From Candidatus Freyarchaeota archaeon (GTDB lineage Archaea > Asgardarchaeota > Jordiarchaeia > Jordiarchaeales > Jordiarchaeaceae): 27,324 nt of DNA. Under the pieces are notes generated by a model that was given only the letters and a program-made list of their open reading frames with translations, had not been told where the DNA came from and searched no databases. Position 1 is the stretch's first letter. Every line of letters begins with the position of its first letter. Below, piece by piece: positions 17,234 through 24,781 of the stretch. Location: the NCBI GenBank assembly GCA_030587365.2, contig JAUQZE020000364.1, positions 1 to 27,324 of the forward strand, read 5' to 3'. The position numbers and the translations under genes were made by a program.

Positions 17234-17680
17234 AATTCAAACCACCTAAATGATAGTGGTTCATCTTTATATTATACAAGGTATTAAATGTTTCGCAAAC
17301 ACATCGTAATTCTATAAATCTAAAGCATAATATTGAATATTCATCTTTAATTTTTCATATCGTCTTTTAGTTAAACTATTCCAAATTGGATTTGCAGAAA
17401 ATCTCTTTGCATAGATACTCTTGGGGGACGCTATCCGTACTTTTAATCACAACCCGCAGTTTTGTGGTACTATTTTAAGTTGGAGGCAGCCTTTTCTCTC
17501 CTATTTTTTAACACCCATGTGTAATAATAAATGGAGCATTTGGAGACGCAAAAAGGTTGAGCAACGGAATTCAACTCCGCAATAGGCCAACATCTTTGGA
17601 GGCGTTGTTTAAATATGATGAGCACCAAAACGCTTTTTAAAGAATAATTTCAATTTATTCACGAACCTTGCTAATAAGAG

Positions 17681-17974
17681 GTGCCTAAAATGTCTGAGAG
17701 CACTACGACTGTAAGCAGAAAATGTGTTATCATAAACTATATCCGCAGAGCAGATGACCAAAAAAACAAATTCATGGCAGTTAAAATACAAGGGGTTGAT
17801 TCAGATAAAGAAGCTGCTAGATTCATTGGCAGATGGGTGGTATGGCAAACTGTTTCTGGGAAAAAATTGAGAGGAAAAATCGTCAAAGTCCACGGTAAAA
17901 ACGGTTTAGTGAAAGTTAGATTCCAAAAAGGCTTACCAGGACAAGCTATCGGAAAAGAAGCGGAGTTAGCTTAG
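17681..17974 (+). CDS. rpl35ae: Ribosomal protein eL33 (L35Ae)
   Basis: ARFIGRWVVWQTVSGKKLRGKIVKVHGKNGLVKVRFQKGLPGQAIG is the L35Ae signature. Strong GAGGTG Shine-Dalgarno upstream. Confidence 0.88.
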   Translation: MPKMSESTTTVSRKCVIINYIRRADDQKNKFMAVKIQGVDSDKEAARFIGRWVVWQTVSGKKLRGKIVKVHGKNGLVKVRFQKGLPGQAIGKEAELA

Positions 17975-18151
17975 GTGCCCCCTTCTTTTGAAATTTATTC
18001 TCTAAACTCATTTTTATCAGTGCCATTCTTCCCTCTTAGAATTAATGCAACCAGAAAAAGGTTAAGAATTTCTAGTCTTCTCACCCTATTAGAAAAAATC
18101 AGCTCCTCTTTACCAAAATAGAGTAAGAATCTATGCTAAAATGGATAGGGA

Positions 18152-18916
18152 GTGACACAAGTGTTAGCAGTTCCTTTTTTGGGACCCGCTGGTTCAGGTA
18201 AAACCTCTCTTGCAGGAAGTTTTGGTGAGTTTTTAGCCGAAAAGAACTACAATGTAAAAATTTTCAATCTAGATGCAGGAGCAGAGTACCTGCCCTACAC
18301 TCCAGATTTTGATATACGGAATTTTTTCAATGTTTACGAAATAATGAAAACTGAACACATTGGTCCAAATGCTTCTATAATAAGGGCAAGTCAGAAAATA
18401 TACGAAATGTCAGAGCAGATTTTAGAACAAATGAAAAAAACCCTAGCTGACTTCATACTCATAGATTTTCCGGGTCAACTGGAAGTTTTTGCCTTCAAAC
18501 CTACTGGAAGCCTGTTTATGGAAAAACTTCAACGCAATATGCGAGTTTGCGGGGTATTCCTGTTGGGCGCAGACACCTCTCCTTCTGTTTCGGGATTCGT
18601 TGTAGCTCTCCTTATGAGTATGGCTGTTCAAATACAACTTGGCGTGAGTCTAATAACAGTACTGCATAAGTCAGATATGCTAAAATCTAAAGAATTTTTG
18701 GGAATGCTTAATAATCCAGCACTGCTCAGAAAAAGAATTGCAGATACGGAGCAGGGTGGAGTAATAAATGACCTTGCGCTGGACTCTCTTAAAATAATAA
18801 ATAAGGTAAGACCCGCGGTGAGAGTAATTGCTACTTCGATAATAAATCGCGAAGGATACGAAGATCTCTTCGATCTTCTTCACGAAATTTTCTGCAGCTG
18901 TGGAGACAACCTATAA
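18152..18916 (+). CDS. GPN-loop GTPase (PAB0955/Npa3-like)
   Basis: P-loop GPAGSGKTS, GPN motif HIGPNASI, DFPGQLE and HKSD. Confidence 0.87.
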   Translation: MTQVLAVPFLGPAGSGKTSLAGSFGEFLAEKNYNVKIFNLDAGAEYLPYTPDFDIRNFFNVYEIMKTEHIGPNASIIRASQKIYEMSEQILEQMKKTLADFILIDFPGQLEVFAFKPTGSLFMEKLQRNMRVCGVFLLGADTSPSVSGFVVALLMSMAVQIQLGVSLITVLHKSDMLKSKEFLGMLNNPALLRKRIADTEQGGVINDLALDSLKIINKVRPAVRVIATSIINREGYEDLFDLLHEIFCSCGDNL

Positions 18917-19066
18917 CTTGAAAGCCTATTTTTAGAGCAATCCCACCGCGTTAAAGTTATTTCTGACATTCTGTCGCCTTATGGATTTTCTAGTAAGATT
19001 TTTATTAACCTCCGCCATAACCTTCTTTAGTCATTATATCATTGGAGGTTTCTGTGACCTGATTTA

Positions 19067-19486
19067 TTGGCTTTGTGGGGGCTTAACTTGTTACTGGTAG
19101 CAGATTCCTCTTTTCTTTACAGCCTTATTGATGGAAATTCAAAAGCCACCGAATATTGGGGAAAAGCAAAGGCCGAAGGAAGCCGAATATTTGTGCCTAC
19201 CACATCAATAACTTTCTTTGTTTCGAAATGTTTTCGGGAAGGAAGGGGCGAATACGTCGACTTGATGCTTGCAGTTTTGAGACAAACCCTAAATGTTAGC
19301 ATAATTGTGTGCGATGTTGGTGTTGCCATTGATGCGGGCCGGATTCTAAACAATCTGGGCACTGGCTTAGAGGAGGCCTTTGTACTTGCCGTTGCAAGCC
19401 TAAAGAAGGCTGAAGGTGTGCTAACCCTTCTAAAAGACAACTACGCCAAAGCCATCCAGGAAGGTCTCATAAGCACGCTACCATAA
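19067..19486 (+). CDS. Hypothetical protein, possibly a degenerate PIN-like domain
   Basis: N-terminal LLLVADSSFLYSLI resembles the first PIN acidic motif, but the later acidic residues are not clearly conserved. TTG start. No adjacent antitoxin-like gene was recognised. Confidence 0.35.
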   Translation: MALWGLNLLLVADSSFLYSLIDGNSKATEYWGKAKAEGSRIFVPTTSITFFVSKCFREGRGEYVDLMLAVLRQTLNVSIIVCDVGVAIDAGRILNNLGTGLEEAFVLAVASLKKAEGVLTLLKDNYAKAIQEGLISTLP

Positions 19487-19708
19487 AATTCTCCCTAAAA
19501 CTCAACACCTTCCCATCCACAGACAAAACAATTTGGCGCCCACAATTTAAATTATCTTTATGGTTTTTTAATTTTAAATCGAAATTACGTTCCTACCGTT
19601 GAAAAGCCTCTAATAATAAGTGTTTGCGAAGAGCAACTTTTGAAGAACATCACCATCAAACTTATATGCTCTATTAACAATTTTTTAGTTAACATAGGGG
19701 GTTAAAGC

Positions 19709-20143
19709 TTGAAAACAGTGGATAACTTAGACCGAAAAATACTGGAGGCACTCGAAAAAGACTCCCGACTCTCCCTGAAAGAAATAGCTATGAAAACGGG
19801 GGTAAGCGTAGGAACAGTAAATAACAGGCTCAAAAAATTGATAGACCTAAAAGTAATAAAACAATTCATGATTTCAATAGACTGGAGAAAGCTCGACTTT
19901 GACATTCTAGCTATACTGCTGATTGAAACTAAATATCAAAAGACCGCAGAAGTTGCAAAAAAAATCGCAAAATATCCTGAAGTCATCAAACTATATACTT
20001 GCACTGGCGGCATCTTCGACATCATAGCTCTGGTAAAAAGCAAGAATATGGAGAGCTATTCCCTCTTCAAACAGAAGAAAGTCGACCAACTTCCCGAAAT
20101 AGAAAAAGTGAGAGACCTAATGGTCACAGATGAATACGTCTAA
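19709..20143 (+). CDS. Lrp/AsnC-family transcriptional regulator
   Basis: HTH LDRKILEALEKDSRLSLKEIAMKTGVSVGTVNNRLKKL followed by a RAM/ACT-like C-terminal half. TTG start. Confidence 0.87.
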   Translation: MKTVDNLDRKILEALEKDSRLSLKEIAMKTGVSVGTVNNRLKKLIDLKVIKQFMISIDWRKLDFDILAILLIETKYQKTAEVAKKIAKYPEVIKLYTCTGGIFDIIALVKSKNMESYSLFKQKKVDQLPEIEKVRDLMVTDEYV

Positions 20144-20194
20144 CAAAAAATTAAAGAAAAAATACTATAAACCTTCTTAAAAAATTGGGAAAGT

Positions 20195-23100
20195 TTAGGT
20201 CTTCTCCGCGAGCTTAAGGCGCGGAACAATACCTAAGGCCATAAGTTCCTGTAATAAAAGTTTGAAAGCGTAGCTCATATTGACCTTAGCCACACGAGTG
20301 TCCTCGCCACAAAGTGGGCAATAATAGCGGCCCTTGTTCTTATCGTAGACTGCGAGCATACCACATTCTTCGCACACAAGAGTGGTGGTCTTGTCCGACT
20401 CCTCAACCAGCTTCTCCTTCAGAAGAAGGGCTGCCCCGTGGCCAATTAGGCAGTCTCGTTCCATTTCTCCAAATCTGAGCCCTCCTTCTCGCGCTCGTCC
20501 TTCTGTGGGTTGTCTTGTGAGTATTTGTACCGGTCCCCTTGCTCTTGCATGTATTTTATCTGCCACCATGTGGTGTAGTTTTTGGTAATAGACTACCCCT
20601 ATGAATATGTCTGCTTCGTATTTTCTTCCAGTTATCCCATTGTACATTACTTCTCTTCCGTTATATTTGTAGCCCCTTTGAATTAGCTCTTGGTATAGTT
20701 TTTTGATGGGTTCACCGCTGAATGCAGTTCCATCAACTTTTCTTCCACCGAGTGCCCCTACTTTTCCGGCTATCGATTCTATTACTTGTCCAAGGGTCAT
20801 CCTGGAGGGTATAGCATGAGGGTTGACTATAAGGTCTGGTACTATGCCTTCCTCTGTAAAGGGCATGTCTTCTTGGGGTACTATTAGCCCAATTATTCCC
20901 TTTTGTCCATGTCTTGTGGCGAATTTATCTCCGAGTTCCGGGATGCGTTGGTCCCTGATTTTTACTTTGACTAGAGTGTTCCCATCTATAGTTTCAGTTA
21001 TTGATACAGTGTCTACTATTCCTGTTTCTCCGTGGCGCATGCTGGTTGATGTTTCTCTTCGGATTTGGGTGGGCATTTCAAATCCTGCTTCTTCCTCCAG
21101 GAATCGGGGTGGGCTTGTTCTCCCAATTATTATTTCGCCACCTTGGACTTCAACTTCGGGCTCGATTATGCCATCATCAGATAGGTGGCGATAGGCTTCT
21201 GCGGCGCGGTACCCTCTAACGCTTTTGTCGGGTATTTCAAATTTATCTTCCTGCCCTCCGGGGTATTTTCTCTCCTCGGCTTCGTAGCTTCTGAAGAATG
21301 TGCTTCTTCCGAGTCCTCTCTCTATGGAGGCCTTGTTAATTATTATGGCGTCTTCTATGTTGTACCCTTCGTAGGATAGCACTGCTACTATGAAGTTTTG
21401 TCCCGCGGGTCTTTTATCGAATCCAGTAGGCATAGTGGCTTTAGTGTTTACTATGGGTACTTGTGGATAATGCAGTAGGTGGGCTCTCGTGTCTGCCCGC
21501 GTTCTGTAGTTCGCAGCGTAGAGTCCTAGAGCTTGTTTAACCATCCCTGCTTCATAAGTATTTCTGGGGCTTTGGTTATGTTCAGGATAGGGAATTATGC
21601 TGGCAGAGATTCCCAATATTGCGCTTGGCGCGATTTCTAGGTGGGTAGTTTTCTCGTTTATATCTTTAGGATACATTGCAATGTGTGAATTCTCCTCTTC
21701 TTCTGCGTCTAAGAACTCTACGATACCTCTACGGATGAGGTCGCTGAACTTCCATTCTTTGCTTCTGAGTTTTGCAATATGTTCAGAGGTGAGTTTCGGC
21801 ACTCCGTTTTCCACTATTATCAGGGGGCGTCGGGCACGTCCAGCGTCGCAGTTAGCCTGTATCTCGTTGGTGTCGGGGTAGTAAGCGATATTAACTTCGT
21901 TGGTTATTTGGCCGCTTCTCCTTCTCTTCTTAACTTCTGCAATAAAGGCTAATGGTTGTTGATGCACTCCTATTAGTCGACCGTTAAGGTAGACTTGAGC
22001 TCCCTTAACTCCCTTCATTCCCTCTAGTTCCTCTACGGGCTGAACGCCAAGGTCTACGAAAATGCTTTCCACTTCCGCCTCATCTGCACCTACTGATATG
22101 TAGGCTAGTAGCGCCAAGTTTTTGACCAGCCCACAGTTAGGCCCTTCCGGAGTCTCATTTGGGCATATTTTGCCCCAGTGGGTAGGATGTAGGTCACGCG
22201 CTTCAAAGTGGGGTTGGCTTCTGCTAAGAGGTGATACCACTCTCCGTAGGTGGCTTAATGCAGACATGTAGTTGGTTCTATCTAGGAGTTGACTCACCCC
22301 CGCTTTTCCCCCGACCCAGTTGCCAGTTGCAAGTGCATGGTGTAATCGATCTGTAATCACATCTGCACGAACCGCGGTCTTAATGTTTCTACGTCTGCCC
22401 CTAACAGCGTTTCTCTCCAACTGGTATTTTATATCCCTGCAGAGGCTGAGAAAGGCCACCCGGAACAAACTCATTAAAAGGTCTCCCGCGAGCTTCAACC
22501 TCTTATTAGAATAGTGGTCTTTGTCATCCTCGCTTCTTCTACCAAGAGCCAACTCTATAATACGTGAGGCCATCTGGCCCAGGTAGAATGCCTTTCTTAA
22601 TCGATCCTTAGGTGTGGTGCCGATGTGGGGGAGAAGGTAACGGTCTAACACTTGTTCCGCTCTCTTCAAACGATAGTCCCTAGTCTGGCCCACAGCCACA
22701 CGTTTACCAATAAAGTCCAGTGCATCATCACGAGAAATAATGGGGGCCGCCATCTCAATCGAGGGAATAAGCTCCCGAATTATCTCTTCATCGTCAGAAA
22801 TAATGTCTACAATTTGCTTATCGGTTTCCAGTCCAAGGGCGCGAATCAAAACAAATAGTGGAATCTTCCCCGGAACAGAGGGGAATGAAACTCTTAGAGA
22901 ACCGTCACGCCGCCGCTCCATGGTCACAGGTGCTCTGAAACCCTGAGCTGTACTAAACACTTTAGCTACATGTGTAGATGAGCTACTCTTATTGGCCACC
23001 TCAATGAGAATACGGTTAGGCGCCAGATCCTCCTGAGTAACCAGAACCCTTTCACTGCCATTAATAATGAAGTAGCCTCCCGGATCATCTGGATCCTCGC

Positions 23101-23536
23101 CTAGAGTGATGAGCTCCTCTCTACTTAACTGGGAAAGAGGACACTTTTCGGACTTGAGCATAATAGGAAGGCGACCAATATAAACTTCGGTTGTCGCATC
23201 CTCAGTCCCACCTCCCCTATCATCGTTATAAACTATGGTCATTTCCAAATGTAAATTAGACGCGTAGGTCAAATTGCGGATTCTAGCCTCGTTGGGAAAA
23301 ACGGGCATAGTGGAGCCGTCAGCCTCTTTTATGGTAGGCTTACCCACATCAATCTTACCTAGTTTAACGTAGTAGTTCTCGCCCTCAGGCTCAATTTTGC
23401 CAACTTCATCCACAATCTGCTGCAGGCCATGTTTAATGAACTCATTGTAAGAATCTAAATGTTGACGAACCAGGCCATTCTCCTCAATAAAAGCCTCAAT
23501 AACACGCCAACAATCAATCTGCTCAACATCAGACAT
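20195..23536 (-). CDS. rpoB: DNA-directed RNA polymerase subunit B (unsplit, ~1113 aa)
   Basis: Motifs GDKFATRHGQKGI, PSRMTLGQ, FGEMERDCLIGHGAA and the C-terminal Zn ribbon CEECG...CPLCG. The start is probably ATG 23536 (MSDVEQ) rather than GTG 23545. Confidence 0.97.
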   Translation of the reverse strand: MSDVEQIDCWRVIEAFIEENGLVRQHLDSYNEFIKHGLQQIVDEVGKIEPEGENYYVKLGKIDVGKPTIKEADGSTMPVFPNEARIRNLTYASNLHLEMTIVYNDDRGGGTEDATTEVYIGRLPIMLKSEKCPLSQLSREELITLGEDPDDPGGYFIINGSERVLVTQEDLAPNRILIEVANKSSSSTHVAKVFSTAQGFRAPVTMERRRDGSLRVSFPSVPGKIPLFVLIRALGLETDKQIVDIISDDEEIIRELIPSIEMAAPIISRDDALDFIGKRVAVGQTRDYRLKRAEQVLDRYLLPHIGTTPKDRLRKAFYLGQMASRIIELALGRRSEDDKDHYSNKRLKLAGDLLMSLFRVAFLSLCRDIKYQLERNAVRGRRRNIKTAVRADVITDRLHHALATGNWVGGKAGVSQLLDRTNYMSALSHLRRVVSPLSRSQPHFEARDLHPTHWGKICPNETPEGPNCGLVKNLALLAYISVGADEAEVESIFVDLGVQPVEELEGMKGVKGAQVYLNGRLIGVHQQPLAFIAEVKKRRRSGQITNEVNIAYYPDTNEIQANCDAGRARRPLIIVENGVPKLTSEHIAKLRSKEWKFSDLIRRGIVEFLDAEEEENSHIAMYPKDINEKTTHLEIAPSAILGISASIIPYPEHNQSPRNTYEAGMVKQALGLYAANYRTRADTRAHLLHYPQVPIVNTKATMPTGFDKRPAGQNFIVAVLSYEGYNIEDAIIINKASIERGLGRSTFFRSYEAEERKYPGGQEDKFEIPDKSVRGYRAAEAYRHLSDDGIIEPEVEVQGGEIIIGRTSPPRFLEEEAGFEMPTQIRRETSTSMRHGETGIVDTVSITETIDGNTLVKVKIRDQRIPELGDKFATRHGQKGIIGLIVPQEDMPFTEEGIVPDLIVNPHAIPSRMTLGQVIESIAGKVGALGGRKVDGTAFSGEPIKKLYQELIQRGYKYNGREVMYNGITGRKYEADIFIGVVYYQKLHHMVADKIHARARGPVQILTRQPTEGRAREGGLRFGEMERDCLIGHGAALLLKEKLVEESDKTTTLVCEECGMLAVYDKNKGRYYCPLCGEDTRVAKVNMSYAFKLLLQELMALGIVPRLKLAEKT

Positions 23537-23716
23537 AATAACCACTTCTCAAAAGTAAAAACTACAAATCAATAGACGAACAGCATTCAGACAACCACAG
23601 AGACCAACGGATAACACTAACAAACTTTTGAACGAAATACTTTATATTTTTTATTCCTACCTACCCTCATCCGACACTATTTTAAGTCCAAATCCATCAG
23701 AATTATAGCAAGGTAG

Positions 23717-23882
23717 TGGCGGGCTGCGCGAGATTTGAATTCGCAAGCCCTGACAAGGGTCAAGGGCTACTCGCGACCACCTGGTTAAAAGCATCACCCT
23801 TCGGAGGAAAACCTGCGAAGTCAGGCGCTCTACCTAGCTCCTCGGCTAAACGTTTTCCGTCGCGCCTCTGAGCTAGCAGCCC
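23717..23882 (-). tRNA. tRNA-Lys(UUU) interrupted by three BHB introns, at 23838-23867 (D-loop, 30 nt), 23793-23821 (anticodon stem 30/31, 29 nt) and 23740-23769 (T-arm 53/54, 30 nt). CCA is encoded.
   Basis: Spliced product: GGGCTGC TA GCTC AGCTAGGTA GAGC G CCTGG CTTTTAA CCAGG TGGTC GCGAG TTCAAAT CTCGC GCAGCCC G CCA (77 nt, canonical cloverleaf). Each intron is bounded by two 3-nt bulges separated by a 4-bp helix, for example CGCC/GGTG for the 30/31 intron and CGCG/TGCG for the 53/54 intron. Confidence 0.85.
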
Positions 23883-24048
23883 GCACATTCAGAGCAAAGT
23901 AAAATAATCTTTAGTAACTTATATTCTTTATCCTTTTAATATTCTAAAGCGTTATTTCTGAGTTTCTGTTTCGTCCTAGAACCATTGAAATAGTCCTCAT
24001 TCTAAAAAATAATTTTTTGTCAGTTTTTTCTTAAGGAGAATTAAGTAT

Positions 24049-24184
24049 TGGCGCCCAAGCCGAGATTTGAATTCCCGCCACAATACACGTATTGTTGAGG
24101 TCTCGGGTTCCCGCCATAAAACGACCCGTTTTATGTCCACGACGTGACAGGCCGCGATGATAGGCCGGGCTACACCACTTGGGC
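24049..24184 (-). tRNA. tRNA-Asp(GUC) interrupted by two BHB introns, at 24109-24136 (variable loop 45/46, 28 nt) and 24072-24101 (T-arm 53/54, 30 nt). CCA is encoded.
   Basis: Spliced product: GCCCAAG TG GTGT AGCCCGGCCTA TCAT C GCGGC CTGTCAC GTCGT GGAC CCGAG TTCAAAT CTCGG CTTGGGC G CCA (78 nt). It has the G73 discriminator and 4-nt variable loop typical of tRNA-Asp. The 4-bp BHB helices are TCGT/GCGG and CCCG/CGGG. Confidence 0.83.
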
Positions 24185-24448
24185 GCTCGCGTGATTGACT
24201 AGTTTTAGTGTAAAAATATAAATTTTTCTATCGCATTGTCCCCTTACAATAAAAAACATGCCTAAAATTTCGTGCATTTTTGAGTTATCCCCATTAATTC
24301 TTGGAAATTTTAAAGAAATCGTGTATCAAACGTCAAAAATTCGTCAGGTTAGAGAGCTCTAGTAAAAAATTTATGTGGCGCAAACATATCTGCTTGATAA
24401 ATTCCTTTTTACTTTTGTGAATGTAGGTTAAGTCTTGCTAGAAGTTAG

Positions 24449-24461
24449 AAATATTTATATT
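24449..24461 (+). promoter_or_regulatory. TATA-box-like element (AAATATTTATATT) for the permuted 5S transcript
   Basis: It lies ~25-30 nt upstream of the first base of the processing helix (24483/24484). Similar TTTATAT-type elements precede the tRNA-Asp and tRNA-Lys genes on the other strand. Confidence 0.5.
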
Positions 24462-24483
24462 TCGGCACTGCGTGTGGGTTCTT

Positions 24484-24633
24484 GGCGTCGCTGCGTGAAA
24501 GTCAAATCTATACACGATTCGGTGAGTACTGCTCTCCGCGAGGGACCGGGAAAACCGAATACTGGCATCTCGGTGCCGGTCATAGTGTATAGTGAACTAC
24601 CCGTTCTCATCCCGAACACGGAACAGCGACGCC
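24484..24633 (+). other. Precursor of the permuted 5S rRNA, including the BHB processing helix
   Basis: GGCGTCGCTG (24484-93) pairs perfectly with CAGCGACGCC (24624-33). CGTG (24494-97) pairs with CACG (24617-20). The 3-nt bulges AAA (24498-500) and GAA (24621-23) lie on opposite strands. Confidence 0.8.
24500..24622 (+). rRNA. Circularly permuted 5S rRNA. The gene order is 3' two-thirds, then hexaloop, then 5' third.
   Basis: Rotating the sequence gives TGCCGGTCATAGTGTATAGTGAACTACCCGTTCTCATCCCGAACACGGAAGTCAAATCTATACACGATTCGGTGAGTACTGCTCTCCGCGAGGGACCGGGAAAACCGAATACTGGCA. This aligns block by block with archaeal 5S consensus strings (GGTCATAG, CCCG..CATCCCGAAC.CGGAAGT.AA, GTACTG, GCGAG, GGGAA). 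Helix I (ACTGGCA/TGCCGGT) is capped by TCTCGG at 24568-73. Confidence 0.82.
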
Positions 24634-24647
24634 ACTCCTCCCTTTGC

Positions 24648-24660
24648 TTTTTTAATTTTT
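24648..24660 (+). terminator. Oligo-T terminator (T6 AA T5) downstream of the 5S precursor
   Basis: TTTTTTAATTTTT begins 15 nt after the processing helix ends. Archaeal RNA polymerase terminates at T-runs. Confidence 0.5.
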
Positions 24661-24781
24661 ATGGCATTCTCTATCTATGTTCCCTTATTGTGGCTTGAGA
24701 GAAATGGAAACAAAAACTTTATGTAACTCTTGTGTATAATTTTCTATACACTCCAAATAGTTTACCGTTTCCCATTTAGGT

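Noticed and set aside
17166-17234. A 22-codon minus-strand mini-ORF (MPCQYLWSELGRGGAVMPCQFI) spanning the repeats, considered as an attenuation-type leader peptide containing Tyr, Trp and Phe.
   Set aside because: The only Shine-Dalgarno-like string (GGTG) abuts the ATG with zero spacing. Leader-peptide attenuation is not established in archaea. The in-frame arrangement follows trivially from a 48-bp repeat spacing.
17615-17621. A perfect box C string ATGATGA in the rpl35ae upstream region.
   Set aside because: There is no CUGA D or D' box at the expected spacing. The string is followed 12 nt later by a T5 run and sits in the likely promoter/5' region of rpl35ae. It is probably a chance occurrence.
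18981-19100. A 39-aa ORF (MDFLVRFLLTSAITFF...) upstream of and overlapping the PIN-like ORF, considered as a possible antitoxin.
   Set aside because: It is hydrophobic and Cys/Trp-rich, with no RHH, AbrB or HTH pattern. The PIN assignment of the neighbour is itself weak, so no toxin-antitoxin call is made.
20382-22946. Several 64-123 aa + strand ORFs inside rpoB. Similar antisense ORFs lie inside aroA, aroC, tyrA, aroB', asd, lysC, the GPN gene, the SPOUT gene and ogg.
   Set aside because: All lie fully within, and antisense to, confidently identified conserved genes. None shows recognisable motifs.
23730-23745. The sequence next to the T-loop accepted as the T-stem (GCGAA...CTCGC in tRNA-Lys; GGGAA...CTCGG in tRNA-Asp at 24060-24078), meaning no T-arm intron.
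   Set aside because: That reading gives an A-C mismatch at the conserved 53-61 pair in Lys and no viable stem at all in Asp. Perfect partners (GCGAG, CCGAG) lie exactly 30 nt upstream in both genes, with BHB geometry.
23793-23830. The tRNA at 23717-23882 read as tRNA-Arg(UCG or UCU), based on the genomic string CCTGACTTCGCAGG.
   Set aside because: That reading gives a 6-nt loop, or a pyrimidine at position 37, and an A31-C39 mismatch. The BHB-defined intron at 30/31 instead gives a perfect CCTGG/CCAGG stem and a CTTTTAA loop (Lys).
23546-24480. Integrated mobile element or att-site duplication next to the tRNA genes.
   Set aside because: No integrase, transposase or viral-type ORFs are present, and I saw no direct repeat of a tRNA 3' segment in the flanking AT-rich spacers.
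24484-24633. The permuted 5S read as a junction between two tandem 5S copies, or as a rearranged pseudogene.
   Set aside because: Exactly one gene's worth of sequence is present. The old termini are joined by only 6 nt, closing a 7-bp helix I. The new termini sit in a perfect 14-bp helix with two opposed 3-nt bulges whose cleavage and ligation restore the consensus GGAAGU junction. A dedicated TATA box and terminator flank the unit. A random rearrangement would not create all of this. Assembly support still needs checking.
24435-24698. An 87-aa track ORF (MLEVRNIYISALRVGSWRR...).
   Set aside because: It lies entirely over the permuted 5S rRNA precursor, its TATA box and its T-run terminator. 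The RNA-gene explanation accounts for the sequence, and the TTG-initiated ORF has no Shine-Dalgarno.
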